Shown here: piece by piece, positions 1 to 9,524 of the stretch
Layout of the letters: every line of letters begins with the position of its first letter
How positions within the stretch are numbered: position 1 is the stretch's first letter
Origin: an uncultured bacterium
Lineage (GTDB): Bacteria > Abyssobacteria > SURF-5
Assembly: GCA_964607485.1 (NCBI GenBank)
Contig: CAZSKP010000047.1
Location: 1 to 21,383 of the forward strand
Length of the DNA stretch: 21,383 nt
Direction of reading: 5' to 3'
The notes under the pieces: generated by a model
What the model saw: the letters and a program-made list of their open reading frames with translations, nothing else
Told to the model about the DNA's origin: nothing
The model's database searches: none
Translations under genes and position numbers: made by a program

Positions 1-807
1 ATACATACTAAGGAACGCGTCTATCGACATTTCATCCAGACGGACGCCTCAATAAATCCTGGCAACAGCGGAGGACCATTGCTCAACCTGGACGGGGAAC
101 TTATTGGTATTAATACGGCGATCTATCAGAAGGCGCAGGGGATAGGTTTCGCTATCCCTATAAAAAAGGCAAGGAGGATCGTGAAGGAAATACTTCGTGC
201 TGGAGAGGTGCGGCTTCCTTGGCTTGGCCTGACAATTCAAGAGTTGACTAAAGAATTGAAGACTTATTTTGGCCTTACTGTCCGGAATGGAGGTGTACTG
301 GTAAGTGATGTGACCCGAGAAAGTCCTGCAGCCCAGGCCGGCCTGAAAAGAGGAGACGTTCTTTTGCGTTTAGGAGATATTCCTATTGCCTCGACGCTCG
401 ACTACCGTGAAGCCCTAAATGAGTTTACAATTAGTGATAATATATGTTTGACCTTTTTTAGGAAAGGTAGGGAACTGAGCGTTTTGGTACACCCCAGCAC
501 CTTTCCCTTGGAGCTGGCTTTGGAGCTGTTTTATCAACGTCTCGGGATCAAAGTTGGTGAGGTGGATTGGGTTACTCAAAAGCAATATGATATAGAAGGT
601 GGTGTTATTATAGAGGAAGTAAGACTGGATTCAGAGGCTGGACGGATTGGGCTTAAAAATGGGGACCTGATCCTGAAGTTAAATAATATACCGATAAAGG
701 GCCTAGACCAGTTGAAAGAGGCAATCAGCCGTTATCGCCATCTACTATCCCTTACCCTGATAGTCAGGCGAGGACCTTACACCTATTCTTTGTCGCTACC
801 GTTCTAA
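1..807 (+). CDS. DegP/HtrA-family trypsin-like serine protease with two C-terminal PDZ domains (5'-partial)
   Basis: Frame 1 is open from base 1 and reads [41 protein letters not shown], containing the HtrA catalytic-Ser motif GNSGGP. It is followed by PDZ-like segments (PWLGLTIQE...[27 protein letters not shown]). Stop TAA at 805-807. Confidence 0.93.
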   Translation: MHTKERVYRHFIQTDASINPGNSGGPLLNLDGELIGINTAIYQKAQGIGFAIPIKKARRIVKEILRAGEVRLPWLGLTIQELTKELKTYFGLTVRNGGVLVSDVTRESPAAQAGLKRGDVLLRLGDIPIASTLDYREALNEFTISDNICLTFFRKGRELSVLVHPSTFPLELALELFYQRLGIKVGEVDWVTQKQYDIEGGVIIEEVRLDSEAGRIGLKNGDLILKLNNIPIKGLDQLKEAISRYRHLLSLTLIVRRGPYTYSLSLPF

Positions 808-830
808 CCCTTTGCATAAAGGATAGTGTA

Positions 831-1661
831 TTATAAGTTCATCCTGATGTATTCAATCGCATTTTGAAATATGCGAATGCCATCTCCTTTTTGAGATTCA
901 AAATTCTTACCATTACGAATAAGGGCCTCTTTTCGTCTAGTCCAGTCTGGATGATTTGTATAGTGATTAAAGGCCTCCGGGTGAGGCATAAGCCCGAAAA
1001 TCCTTCCCGTCGGGTCGCACAGGCCCGCGATGCTGTCCTGGGAACCGTTGGGATTGAAGGGATAGCCGTCGAGCTTTCCCTCCCTGTCCACATACTGGAC
1101 TACCACGTGGCCGCCCTCGTGCAGTCGGGCGAGCGCCTCCGCGTCGCCGGCGACGAGTTTCCCCTCGCCGTGGCGGACGGGCAGGTATATTGTATCAAGC
1201 CCTTTTGTGAAAATGCAATGCGATTTGGGATTCACCGCGAGATAGACCCAGCGGTCTTCGAATTTGTTGGAATCGTTGTACGTCACCGTGACCTGCTGCT
1301 CGCCGTATGCCCCGCCGACGGCCGGAAGCAGGCCCATCTTGACCAGAACCTGGAAGCCGTTGCAAATGCCGAGAATCAGTTTGCCTTCCTCGATGAACCG
1401 GTCGAACTGCTCGCGCAGATTGTGGCGCAGCTTGTTTGCGAGCACTTTGCCGGCCGCGATGTCGTCTCCGTAAGAGAACCCGCCCGGTATGACGAGGATG
1501 TCGTACTTGGCGAGCGACTTGCCGTCGGGCGACTTCTCGATGAGGTCGTTCACGTGCACACGTTCGGCCCTGCCGCCGACGCGGCGCATGTTGAAGGCGT
1601 ACTCGGTTTCGTAGTCGCAGTTGATGCCGTATCCTGTCAGAACCAAAACGCGCGGTTTCAT
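831..1661 (-). CDS. purQ: Phosphoribosylformylglycinamidine synthase glutaminase subunit PurQ
   Basis: Motifs GINCD, PGGFSYGD, LGICNGFQ (nucleophile Cys), HGEG, NPNGS and GLMPHPE (His-Glu of the triad). Directly downstream of purL. Confidence 0.96.
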   Translation of the reverse strand: MKPRVLVLTGYGINCDYETEYAFNMRRVGGRAERVHVNDLIEKSPDGKSLAKYDILVIPGGFSYGDDIAAGKVLANKLRHNLREQFDRFIEEGKLILGICNGFQVLVKMGLLPAVGGAYGEQQVTVTYNDSNKFEDRWVYLAVNPKSHCIFTKGLDTIYLPVRHGEGKLVAGDAEALARLHEGGHVVVQYVDREGKLDGYPFNPNGSQDSIAGLCDPTGRIFGLMPHPEAFNHYTNHPDWTRRKEALIRNGKNFESQKGDGIRIFQNAIEYIRMNL

Positions 1662-1679
1662 TTCACCATCACTCTTGCG

Positions 1680-4646
1680 TCACCAATCAAGCGGCTGTTG
1701 CCAGGCTTTTTTGAGCTGGAATATGTCGGCTGAGACGAGTTTCTTTCTGCCTTTCTTCAGCAGCAGAACGGGAGACTCTGTGACTTTGCCGATTCTGGCG
1801 CATGGGACGCCGTCCATCATGCTTTCGAATTCCTTCGCCTTGCGGCCCGAGACCGTGACGACGAAGCGGCTCTGCGATTCGGAGAAGAGCAGGTAGTCGG
1901 GCCGCAGTGAATCTTCGGCGGGAACCTTTGCCAGGTCGGCCTCGATGCCCAGTCCGCCCGCGAACGCCGTCTCGGCCAGCGCCACACCCAGGCCGCCGTC
2001 GGAGCAGTCGTGGCACGAGGCGATGAGCTTTCGGTCGATGGCCTCGGCGAGCGCGTCGTATGTCTTCCGCGCAAGTTTCGCGTCAACCTTCGGCACGTTG
2101 TTGCCGATGAACCCGTGATGCGCGAAGTATTCGCTCCCGCCCAGTTCGTTCTTCGTGAGGCCGATGACATAGACCGCATGGCCGGAGCGCTTCGCGTCCA
2201 TCGAGACCGTCTTGCGCACGTCGTCAACGCGGCCCATCACGGAAAACAGCAGCGTGGGCGGCACTGAAATCTTCACGCCGCCTATCATGTAGTCGTTCTT
2301 CATGCTGTCCTTGCCCGAGATACATGGCAGGTCGTAGGCGGTGCAGTAGTCGTACAGCGCCATATTCGAGCGCACGAGCTGGGCCAGCTTGTAGCGGCCG
2401 TCGGGGGTCTTCTCGGACTCGACGGGGTCGGGCCAGCAGAAATTGTCGAGCCCGGCAAGCTGGCCGAGCCGACCGCCGACGCACACCGCATTTCTCACGG
2501 CTTCGTCGATTGCGCAGGCCGTCATGTGGTACGTGTCGATGTCGCTGTAGCGCGGGCATATGCCGCTGGACACGACGACGCCCTCGTGGGAACCGTAAAT
2601 CGGTTTCAGGACGGCGGCGTCGCCCGGGCCGTCGTTGTCGATGCCGACGAACGGCTTGAGCACGCCCATGCCCTGGACTTCGTGGTCGTACTGCCTGACG
2701 AACGACTCCTTGCTGCACACGTTCAGCCGCGCCAGCATCTGCTCCAATGCTCGATTGTAGTCCGAGGGCTCGGGAATGTCGGGCTCTTCATGCTTGGGAG
2801 GCTGCCACCTGGCGTTCAGGTTCATCTCGGGAACGCCCTCGTGGAAAAACTTCATGTCGATGTACGCGACGGTTTGATCCCCATAGAGGACGTGGAACTT
2901 GCCGGTATCGGTGAAATTGCCCAGCACGGTCGCCTCGACGCCGCGCTTGCGGGCCCGCTCCAGCAGCAGTTCGATCCTCTGCGGGTCAACGGCGAGCGTC
3001 ATCCGCTCCTGCGCCTCGGACAACAGTATCTCCCACGGCTGTAGGCCCTCATACTTGAGCGGCGCCTTCTCCAGCCGAAGCTGGCATCCGCCCGAGAGCC
3101 TCGCCATCTCGCCCACCGACGAGGACAGGCCGCCGGCGCCGTTGTCGGTGATGGCGCGGTAGAGGCCGAGGTCGCGCGCCTCGAGCAGGAAGTCGGTCAT
3201 CTTTTTCTGCGTGATGGGGTCGCCTATCTGCACGGCCGAGGTGGGCGATTCGCCGTGAAGCTCCTCAGAGGAGAAGGTGGCGCCGTGGATGCCGTCCTTC
3301 CCTATTCTGCCGCCGGTCATCACGATGAAGTCGCCCGGCAGCGCGTTCTTGACGTGCGAGGGCTCGCCGAGGATTTCGCGCGGCATGATTCCGCCCGTGC
3401 CGCAAAAGACGAGCGGCTTGCCGGCGTAGCGGTCGTCGAACAGGATGCTGCCGTTGACGTCGGGAATTCCGCTCTGGTTGGCGCCGTCCCTGACGCCGCG
3501 ATGCACTCCCTTAAAAATTCTCTTGGGATGCAGGAGGCGCGGCGGGAGCGGCTTGGAATAGTCAGGCGGCGCAAAGCAGAAGGTGTCCACGTTGAATATC
3601 AGGCGGCAGCCCTTGCCGGTGCCGAACGGGTCGCGGTTGACGCCGACGATGCCGGTTATCGCGCCGCCGTATGGGTCGAGGGCCGATGGGCTGTTGTGAG
3701 TCTCGACCTTCATCACGAGGTTCCAGTCGTCGTTGAGCCTTATGACGCCCGCGTTGTCGTGGAAGACGGAGACCAGCCACGGAACGCGTTTGGATATCTC
3801 GTCGGTCGCCCGCCTTATGAATGTCTTGAACAGGCTCTTGATTTGTTTCGAGCCGCCGTTTTCGTCCTCGTAGTCTATCGTGGCGTTGAATATCTTATGC
3901 TTGCAGTGCTCCGACCACGTTTGCGCGATGGCTTCGAGCTCGGCGTCGGTCGGCTCGTCCGTCAGCCCGATGGGCGCGCGCGCCTTGGCGGTGGTATCGA
4001 GCCGGAAATACTCGCGAATCGTGCGCATCTCTTCGAGGCTGAGCGAGAGTATTCCCTCGCGGCTGATGCGGATGAGTTCGTCGTCGGGCACGTCGAGGTG
4101 GAACGTCTTGACGACGGCCTCCTCATGCCCGCCCACTATCGGGAGAGGAAGCGATATCCCGCGCTCTCTCTTGAACTCCTCGAAGTCCGCGACGCGCCAC
4201 TGCTCTATCAGCCCGTTGGCGAGCAGCCCGCCCGCGATCGCCTCGGCCTGTGCGCGGTCGATTTTCCCTTTGATGACATACTGTTTCGAGGTGAAGACGG
4301 AGCACTCGCCGAACTCGTCTCCGAAGATGTCGGCGATGGCCTCGCGCGAGGTCTTGCCGACGTTGTCGGTGACGCCGGGTTTGAAGCCGACCTCGATTAT
4401 CCATGAAAACTTGTCGGCCAAAGGCTCATCGAGCGTGGAGACCTCGATGACGGGGTCGGTGAAGAGGTCGGGCCGAAGCGTCTCGACGTCTTTGCGAGCG
4501 AGGTCGGTCAGGAGCGTATAGACCCGTATCACCCTGACGTCTTCGACGGGAATGTGGAGGTCTTCGACGATGTTTTTTCTGACGGAATCTCCGGCGGCAT
4601 CCAGAAGCTCGGGCCGGAGACCCACCTCGATTCTGTATGTTTCCAC
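1680..4646 (-). CDS. purL: Phosphoribosylformylglycinamidine synthase subunit PurL with N-terminal PurS-like repeats
   Basis: Motifs QTWSEHCKHK, KVETHNSPS, DNGAGGLSS, LLSEAQERM, QYDHEVQ, LDNFCW, SGKDS and LFSESQSRF. 988 aa with GTG start; no fused glutaminase domain. Confidence 0.96.
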   Translation of the reverse strand: METYRIEVGLRPELLDAAGDSVRKNIVEDLHIPVEDVRVIRVYTLLTDLARKDVETLRPDLFTDPVIEVSTLDEPLADKFSWIIEVGFKPGVTDNVGKTSREAIADIFGDEFGECSVFTSKQYVIKGKIDRAQAEAIAGGLLANGLIEQWRVADFEEFKRERGISLPLPIVGGHEEAVVKTFHLDVPDDELIRISREGILSLSLEEMRTIREYFRLDTTAKARAPIGLTDEPTDAELEAIAQTWSEHCKHKIFNATIDYEDENGGSKQIKSLFKTFIRRATDEISKRVPWLVSVFHDNAGVIRLNDDWNLVMKVETHNSPSALDPYGGAITGIVGVNRDPFGTGKGCRLIFNVDTFCFAPPDYSKPLPPRLLHPKRIFKGVHRGVRDGANQSGIPDVNGSILFDDRYAGKPLVFCGTGGIMPREILGEPSHVKNALPGDFIVMTGGRIGKDGIHGATFSSEELHGESPTSAVQIGDPITQKKMTDFLLEARDLGLYRAITDNGAGGLSSSVGEMARLSGGCQLRLEKAPLKYEGLQPWEILLSEAQERMTLAVDPQRIELLLERARKRGVEATVLGNFTDTGKFHVLYGDQTVAYIDMKFFHEGVPEMNLNARWQPPKHEEPDIPEPSDYNRALEQMLARLNVCSKESFVRQYDHEVQGMGVLKPFVGIDNDGPGDAAVLKPIYGSHEGVVVSSGICPRYSDIDTYHMTACAIDEAVRNAVCVGGRLGQLAGLDNFCWPDPVESEKTPDGRYKLAQLVRSNMALYDYCTAYDLPCISGKDSMKNDYMIGGVKISVPPTLLFSVMGRVDDVRKTVSMDAKRSGHAVYVIGLTKNELGGSEYFAHHGFIGNNVPKVDAKLARKTYDALAEAIDRKLIASCHDCSDGGLGVALAETAFAGGLGIEADLAKVPAEDSLRPDYLLFSESQSRFVVTVSGRKAKEFESMMDGVPCARIGKVTESPVLLLKKGRKKLVSADIFQLKKAWQQPLDW

Positions 4647-4654
4647 GGCAGACC

Positions 4655-5698
4655 TTACGATGAGAGGTACCTGACGACGCCGCTTCCCCGCGCGATGCGT
4701 CCGAGCACCCAGGCCTCTTCGCCTTCGTTCTTCATGTGTTCCAGGGCGGCGGATTCGTCGTCGGGGGAGACGATGAGCACCATGCCGACGCCCATGTTAA
4801 ACGTTTTCAGCATCTCGTCCTGCGCGATGTTGCCCTCGCGCCGTATCAGCTCAAAGATCGGTAGCGGCTGCCACGTGCGCAAATCGATCTCGGCGTCGAG
4901 CGTCTTCGGCAAGACGCGCGGGATGTTGTCGGTCAACCCGCCGCCGGTGATATGAGCCATTCCCCGCACGGCGAGCTTTTCGAGAAGCTTGCGGACGGGC
5001 TTTGCATAGCACCTGTGGGGTATGAGCAATTCGTCGGCCACAGTTTTGCCGAGCGCGTCGAGATGTTTATCCAGCGAGTACTTGTCCGACGCAAGCAACA
5101 GCTTGCGGACGAGCGAATATCCGTTGGTATGTAGCCCGGACGATTTCAGGGCGATTATCGAGTCGCCCTCCTCGATGGCCGAGCCGTCGATGATGCGCTG
5201 CCTGTCCACGACGCCGATTATCGTGCCTGCGAGGTCGTATTCGCCCGGGCCGTAGAAGTCGGGCATCTCGGCCGTCTCGCCCCCGATGAGCGAACAGCCC
5301 GCCCCCCGGCAGCCTTCGGCCAGCCCGGCCACAACCTGTTCGGCGACGGCGACATCGAGTTTTCCCATCGCGAGATAATCGAGAAAGAACAGCGGCTCCG
5401 CCCCTTGCATGAGAATGTCGTTCACGCAGTGCGACACGAGGTCGATGCCGACCGTGTTGTGGCGGCCGGTGGCGAAGGCGATTTTGAGTTTGGTGCCGAC
5501 GCCATCGACGCTGGAGACAAGCACGGGCTCTTGAAACCGAGCGCTGTCGAACCGGTACATCCCCCCGAAGAGGCCAATGTCCTGAAGGACCTCGGGGGAA
5601 AAGGTGGAGCGCACAAGCGGAACGATCTTGCGTTTGAGAGCACTGGCGGCCCCGATGTCCACGCCCGCCTGTTTGTACGTGAAGGAGCCTTCTGGCAT
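4655..5698 (-). CDS. purM: Phosphoribosylformylglycinamidine cyclo-ligase (AIR synthetase)
   Basis: Motifs YKQAGVDI, DGVGTKL, GAEPLFFLDY, GGETAEMP, SSGLHTNGYSL, HITGGG and TFNMGVG. Confidence 0.97.
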   Translation of the reverse strand: MPEGSFTYKQAGVDIGAASALKRKIVPLVRSTFSPEVLQDIGLFGGMYRFDSARFQEPVLVSSVDGVGTKLKIAFATGRHNTVGIDLVSHCVNDILMQGAEPLFFLDYLAMGKLDVAVAEQVVAGLAEGCRGAGCSLIGGETAEMPDFYGPGEYDLAGTIIGVVDRQRIIDGSAIEEGDSIIALKSSGLHTNGYSLVRKLLLASDKYSLDKHLDALGKTVADELLIPHRCYAKPVRKLLEKLAVRGMAHITGGGLTDNIPRVLPKTLDAEIDLRTWQPLPIFELIRREGNIAQDEMLKTFNMGVGMVLIVSPDDESAALEHMKNEGEEAWVLGRIARGSGVVRYLSS

Positions 5699-5699
5699 T

Positions 5700-7220
5700 T
5701 CAAACCTTAAACGTTACGGCACTCTGCTTGCGGTCGTGATAGAACTTGTCGAAATCGACCGCGAGACTGATGGGGTATTTCCCCGAAAAACACGCAACAC
5801 AGAATTCGCCCGCCTCACCCCCGGCCGCGTTGACGAGGCCGTCCTGGCTGAGGTAGTGAAGCGAGTCCACCCGAAGATATTTTCGTATCTCTTCGAGGGT
5901 ATGAGACGATGCGATGAGCTCTTTTCGAGTGGGGGTGTCTATGCCGTAAAAACACGGGTGCGTTATCGGGGGCGAACTGATGCGCATGTGAATCTCCTTC
6001 GCCCCGGCGTTTCGAATCATCTTGACGATCTTCCGGCTCGTGGTGCCGCGGACGATCGAGTCGTCAACGACGATGATGCGCTTGCCCTTGAGCGCCGTCT
6101 GGAGGGGATTGTACTTTATTTTCGCACCGAAATCGCGTATCGTTTGCGACGGCTCTATGAAGGTGCGACCGATGTAGTGGTTCCTTATCAGACCCATCTC
6201 GAACGGTATGCCCGACTCGTGGGCGTATCCGAGCGCGGCCGCATTGGAGGAGTCGGGAACGGGGATGACGAGGTCGGCCTCGACGGGGGCCTCCCGGCGG
6301 AGCGTCGCTCCCAGGTTTTGTCTCACGCGCTCGACGTCACGCCCGAAGATGACGCTGTCGGGCCTGGCGAAATAGATCAGCTCGAAAATGCACAGGCCCT
6401 TCCGCGCGGACTTGGAGCCGCGGGTGTGGAACGAGTGCATCCCGGAACGATCTATCAGCACCATCTCCCCCGGCTCTAATTCGCGGATGTACTTGGCGTC
6501 CACGATGTCGAACGCGCAGCTCTCGGAGGCCACCATGAACGTCCCCTTAAGCTTTCCCAGACACAGCGGCCTGAACCCGCAGGAGTCGCGGGCGGCGATC
6601 AGGCTTTGCGTGTCCATGACGAGGAGCGAGTAGGCGCCCTTCACCCGGCGCAGCGCCTCGGTCAACGCCGACCTGAGCTCCTTCTTCTTGGAGCGTGCCA
6701 CCATATGCACTATGACCTCGCTGTCGCTCGTGGATTGGAAGATCGAGCCGCGACCCTCAAGCTCCGACCGGAGCACGCGCGCGTTGACGAGATTGCCGTT
6801 GTGCGCCACGGCCAGCGGGCCGCGGGCGTAGTCCACCAGTATCGGCTGGGCGTTCTTCAAGAGACTCGACCCGGAAGTGGAGTAGCGCACATGCCCTATC
6901 GCCGCGTCGCCGGTGAGGCCGTCCAGCACTTCCTTCTTGAATACGTCGTAAACGAGTCCCATATCGCGATAGCCGTGCAGACGGCCCTCGTTGCAGGACA
7001 CGATGCCGGCGCTCTCCTGGCCCCGGTGCTGGAGCGAGTAGAGCCCCAGGTAGGTGATCTTCGCAGCCTCGGGATGTCCGAACACGCCGAAGATGCCGCA
7101 TTCGTGTTTCATGAAATCGGTTTCGCGGGCGGCATCGCGAACCCGTGAGGGCGCGGCAAGCCGTGCCTCTGATGACAATTCAGAATCCTCGGATGCTTTC
7201 ATAAAATCTGTCACAATCAA
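5700..7220 (-). CDS. purF: Amidophosphoribosyltransferase, Fe-S/propeptide type (start uncertain: TTG 7220, GTG 7214, ATG 7202 or ATG 7112)
   Basis: Ntn motif ECGIFG, LQHRGQE, GHVRYST, AHNGNL and PRPP motif VDDSIVRGTT. Candidate Fe-S ligands in LCIFE, PCFYGID and FCVACF. Confidence 0.96.
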   Translation of the reverse strand: MIVTDFMKASEDSELSSEARLAAPSRVRDAARETDFMKHECGIFGVFGHPEAAKITYLGLYSLQHRGQESAGIVSCNEGRLHGYRDMGLVYDVFKKEVLDGLTGDAAIGHVRYSTSGSSLLKNAQPILVDYARGPLAVAHNGNLVNARVLRSELEGRGSIFQSTSDSEVIVHMVARSKKKELRSALTEALRRVKGAYSLLVMDTQSLIAARDSCGFRPLCLGKLKGTFMVASESCAFDIVDAKYIRELEPGEMVLIDRSGMHSFHTRGSKSARKGLCIFELIYFARPDSVIFGRDVERVRQNLGATLRREAPVEADLVIPVPDSSNAAALGYAHESGIPFEMGLIRNHYIGRTFIEPSQTIRDFGAKIKYNPLQTALKGKRIIVVDDSIVRGTTSRKIVKMIRNAGAKEIHMRISSPPITHPCFYGIDTPTRKELIASSHTLEEIRKYLRVDSLHYLSQDGLVNAAGGEAGEFCVACFSGKYPISLAVDFDKFYHDRKQSAVTFKV

Positions 7221-8119
7221 AGGTCCTTCCCTGTCACGAGCCTGTAAGCCTGTTTGTATATTTCTTCTGTCCGCGCCACCACTTCGGGCGGAAGCTCGGG
7301 AGCGGGCGGAGTCTTGTCCCAGTCGAGCGTTTCCAGATAATCGCGCACATATTGCTTATCGAAATTGGTCTGCGGCTTGCCGACCTCGTAGGTCTCGGCC
7401 AGCCAGTAGCGGGACGAGTCGGGCGTGAGCAGCTCGTCGATGAGTATCATCTCGCCGTCGCAGTCGCCCAGCTCGAACTTTGTGTCCGACAATATGAGGC
7501 CGCGCGAGGCCACGTGCTCGGTGGCGGCGTTGAATATGGCCATGCTTTTTTCCATGAGCAGCTTGGCTTTGTCTTTGCCGACGATGTCCGCCATCTTCTT
7601 GTGGGAGATGTTGATGTCGTGTCCCGACTGGGCTTTTGTGGCGGGCGTGAACATGGGCTCGGGCAGTTTTTCCGATTCCCTCAGCCCGGCCGGCAGCTTG
7701 ATGCCGCAGACGGACTGACTCTGGCGGTACTCCTTGACCGCGGAGCCGGCCAGATACCCCCGCACGACGCATTCGACCGGATAGGGCTTCGCCTTCCTGA
7801 CGAGCATCGACCTGCCCCGCAGGATGTCGCGGTAGGGCTTGATCGAAGCCGGATACTCCTCCACGTCGGTGGCTATCACATGATTCGGAATGATGTGCTG
7901 GGTGAAATCGAACCAATACTTCGACAACGCCGTCAGCACCCTTCCCTTGTTGGGGATGCCGTTGGGCATCACGCAGTCGAACGCCGAGATGCGGTCGGTG
8001 GCGACGAGGAGTATCTTCCCATCGACCTCGTAGATGTCGCGCACCTTGCCGCGCGACAGAAACTTCAGCCCGGTGAAATCGGTCTTGGTGACGACGTCCG
8101 TGTTGCGCGATTCAGGCAT
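7217..8119 (-). CDS. purC: SAICAR synthetase
   Basis: Motifs RGKVRDIY, TDRISAFD, ECVVRGYLAGS, FTPATK, DTKFELG, DELLTPDSSRYW and FDKQYVRD. Confidence 0.97.
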   Translation of the reverse strand: MPESRNTDVVTKTDFTGLKFLSRGKVRDIYEVDGKILLVATDRISAFDCVMPNGIPNKGRVLTALSKYWFDFTQHIIPNHVIATDVEEYPASIKPYRDILRGRSMLVRKAKPYPVECVVRGYLAGSAVKEYRQSQSVCGIKLPAGLRESEKLPEPMFTPATKAQSGHDINISHKKMADIVGKDKAKLLMEKSMAIFNAATEHVASRGLILSDTKFELGDCDGEMILIDELLTPDSSRYWLAETYEVGKPQTNFDKQYVRDYLETLDWDKTPPAPELPPEVVARTEEIYKQAYRLVTGKDL

Positions 8120-9413
8120 CGGCGAGTCCCGCCCTCCGGAATATCTCGTCCACGAACCTGAGATGATGGTCCAAGTCGAAGCAGTCGTCGAGTTCGCGTT
8201 CGGTGATATGGGCGGCGACGTCGGCGTCGGAGAGGAGCGCGTCGCGGAAATCGGCGCCGTCCTCCCACACCTTCATCGCGTTTCGCTGGACGAGCTTGTA
8301 GGCCTCTTCCCTCGTAAGTCCTTTTTCTACAAGCTTCAACAGAATCCCCTCGGAGAAAACCATGCCCTTCGTCTTCTCCAGCACGGTGCGCATGTTGTCG
8401 GGATACACGAGCAGCTTATCCACGATGGCGGCGAACCGGGCCAGCATGTAATCGATGAGGATACAGCTATCGGGGATAATCACCCGTTCGACCGAGGAGT
8501 GAGAGATGTCGCGTTCGTGCCAGAGCGGGATGTTTTCGAGCGCGGCCATGGAGTTGGCGCGCACCACGCGCGCCAGCCCGGATATCTGCTCGCACCGGAT
8601 GGGATTGCGCTTGTGCGGCATCGCGGACGACCCCTTCTGCCCCTTCTCGAAGTACTCCTCCGCTTCGAGAATCTCGGTGCGCTGGAGGTTGCGTATCTCG
8701 GTGGCGAACTTGTCGAGAGAGCTTGCGATGATGGCGAGCGTCGTGAGGAATTCGGCATGGCGGTCGCGCTGTACGATTTGCGTGGAGACGGGAGCCGGCT
8801 TCAGCCCGAGCTCGGCGCAGACGTATTCCTCGACGGACGGGTCCGAATTGGCAAACGTACCGACGGCGCCCGAGACTTTGCCGCAGCTTATGGCCTCGCG
8901 CGCCCTTTGCATCCGTTCGAGGTTGCGCCCGGTCTCGGTGTACCAGAGCGCCATCTTGAGCCCGAACGTTATCGGCTCGGCATGCACGCCGTGCGACCGG
9001 CCGACCATGACGGTATTCTTGTGCGCGAGGGCCTTCCGCTTCAGGACTTCCCTCAGCTTCTGCAGGTCTTCGATGATGATGTCGCTCGCCTCGCGCAGGT
9101 TGACGGCGAGGGCGGTATCGAGCATGTCGGAAGAGGTGAGCCCGAAATGGATGAAGCGCGAGGGCGGCCCGACGTGTTCGCCCACGGCGGTGAGAAAGGC
9201 GATGACGTCGTGCTTGGTGACCTCCTCGATCTCGGCCACGCGGTCAGCGGAAAAATCGGCCTTGCGCTTGATGGCCTCGAGCGCGTCGGCGGGGATTTTG
9301 CCCAGTTTCGCCCACGCCTCGCAGGCAAGAAGCTCCACCCTGAGCCATGTGCGAAGCTTATGCTCTTCGGTCCATATGGCCGCCATTTGAGGCCTGGAGT
9401 ATCTTCCTATCAT
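8112..9413 (-). CDS. purB: Adenylosuccinate lyase
   Basis: N-terminus MIGRYSRPQM (ATG at 9413 preferred over TTG 9419), TKHDVIAF, HFGLTSSD, GRSHGVHAEP and signature GSSAMPHKRNP. Confidence 0.97.
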   Translation of the reverse strand: MIGRYSRPQMAAIWTEEHKLRTWLRVELLACEAWAKLGKIPADALEAIKRKADFSADRVAEIEEVTKHDVIAFLTAVGEHVGPPSRFIHFGLTSSDMLDTALAVNLREASDIIIEDLQKLREVLKRKALAHKNTVMVGRSHGVHAEPITFGLKMALWYTETGRNLERMQRAREAISCGKVSGAVGTFANSDPSVEEYVCAELGLKPAPVSTQIVQRDRHAEFLTTLAIIASSLDKFATEIRNLQRTEILEAEEYFEKGQKGSSAMPHKRNPIRCEQISGLARVVRANSMAALENIPLWHERDISHSSVERVIIPDSCILIDYMLARFAAIVDKLLVYPDNMRTVLEKTKGMVFSEGILLKLVEKGLTREEAYKLVQRNAMKVWEDGADFRDALLSDADVAAHITERELDDCFDLDHHLRFVDEIFRRAGLADA

Positions 9414-9524
9414 CACCAAAACCCCACGGGTCAGGAATTGCGCAAATTGCTGAGGGATGCAGGTTTGACACGTTCGGGAAATCGGTAAGGGGTTAAATGC
9501 AATTACAGGTTTATAATAACAGGT

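Noticed and set aside
809-822. CCTTT-GCAT-AAAGG hairpin between converging degP-like and purQ genes
   Set aside because: Only a 5-bp AT-rich stem with no U-tract; too weak to call a terminator.
8034-9488. 484-aa plus-strand ORF, and similar ones at 864-1733, 3255-4406, 5604-6479 and 7352-8161
   Set aside because: All lie antisense to well-supported pur genes and show no independent family signal.
9465-9517. Plus-strand TTGACA and TATAAT in the purB-plsC gap (possible antisense promoter)
   Set aside because: The hexamers are 41 nt apart, incompatible with a sigma70 promoter.
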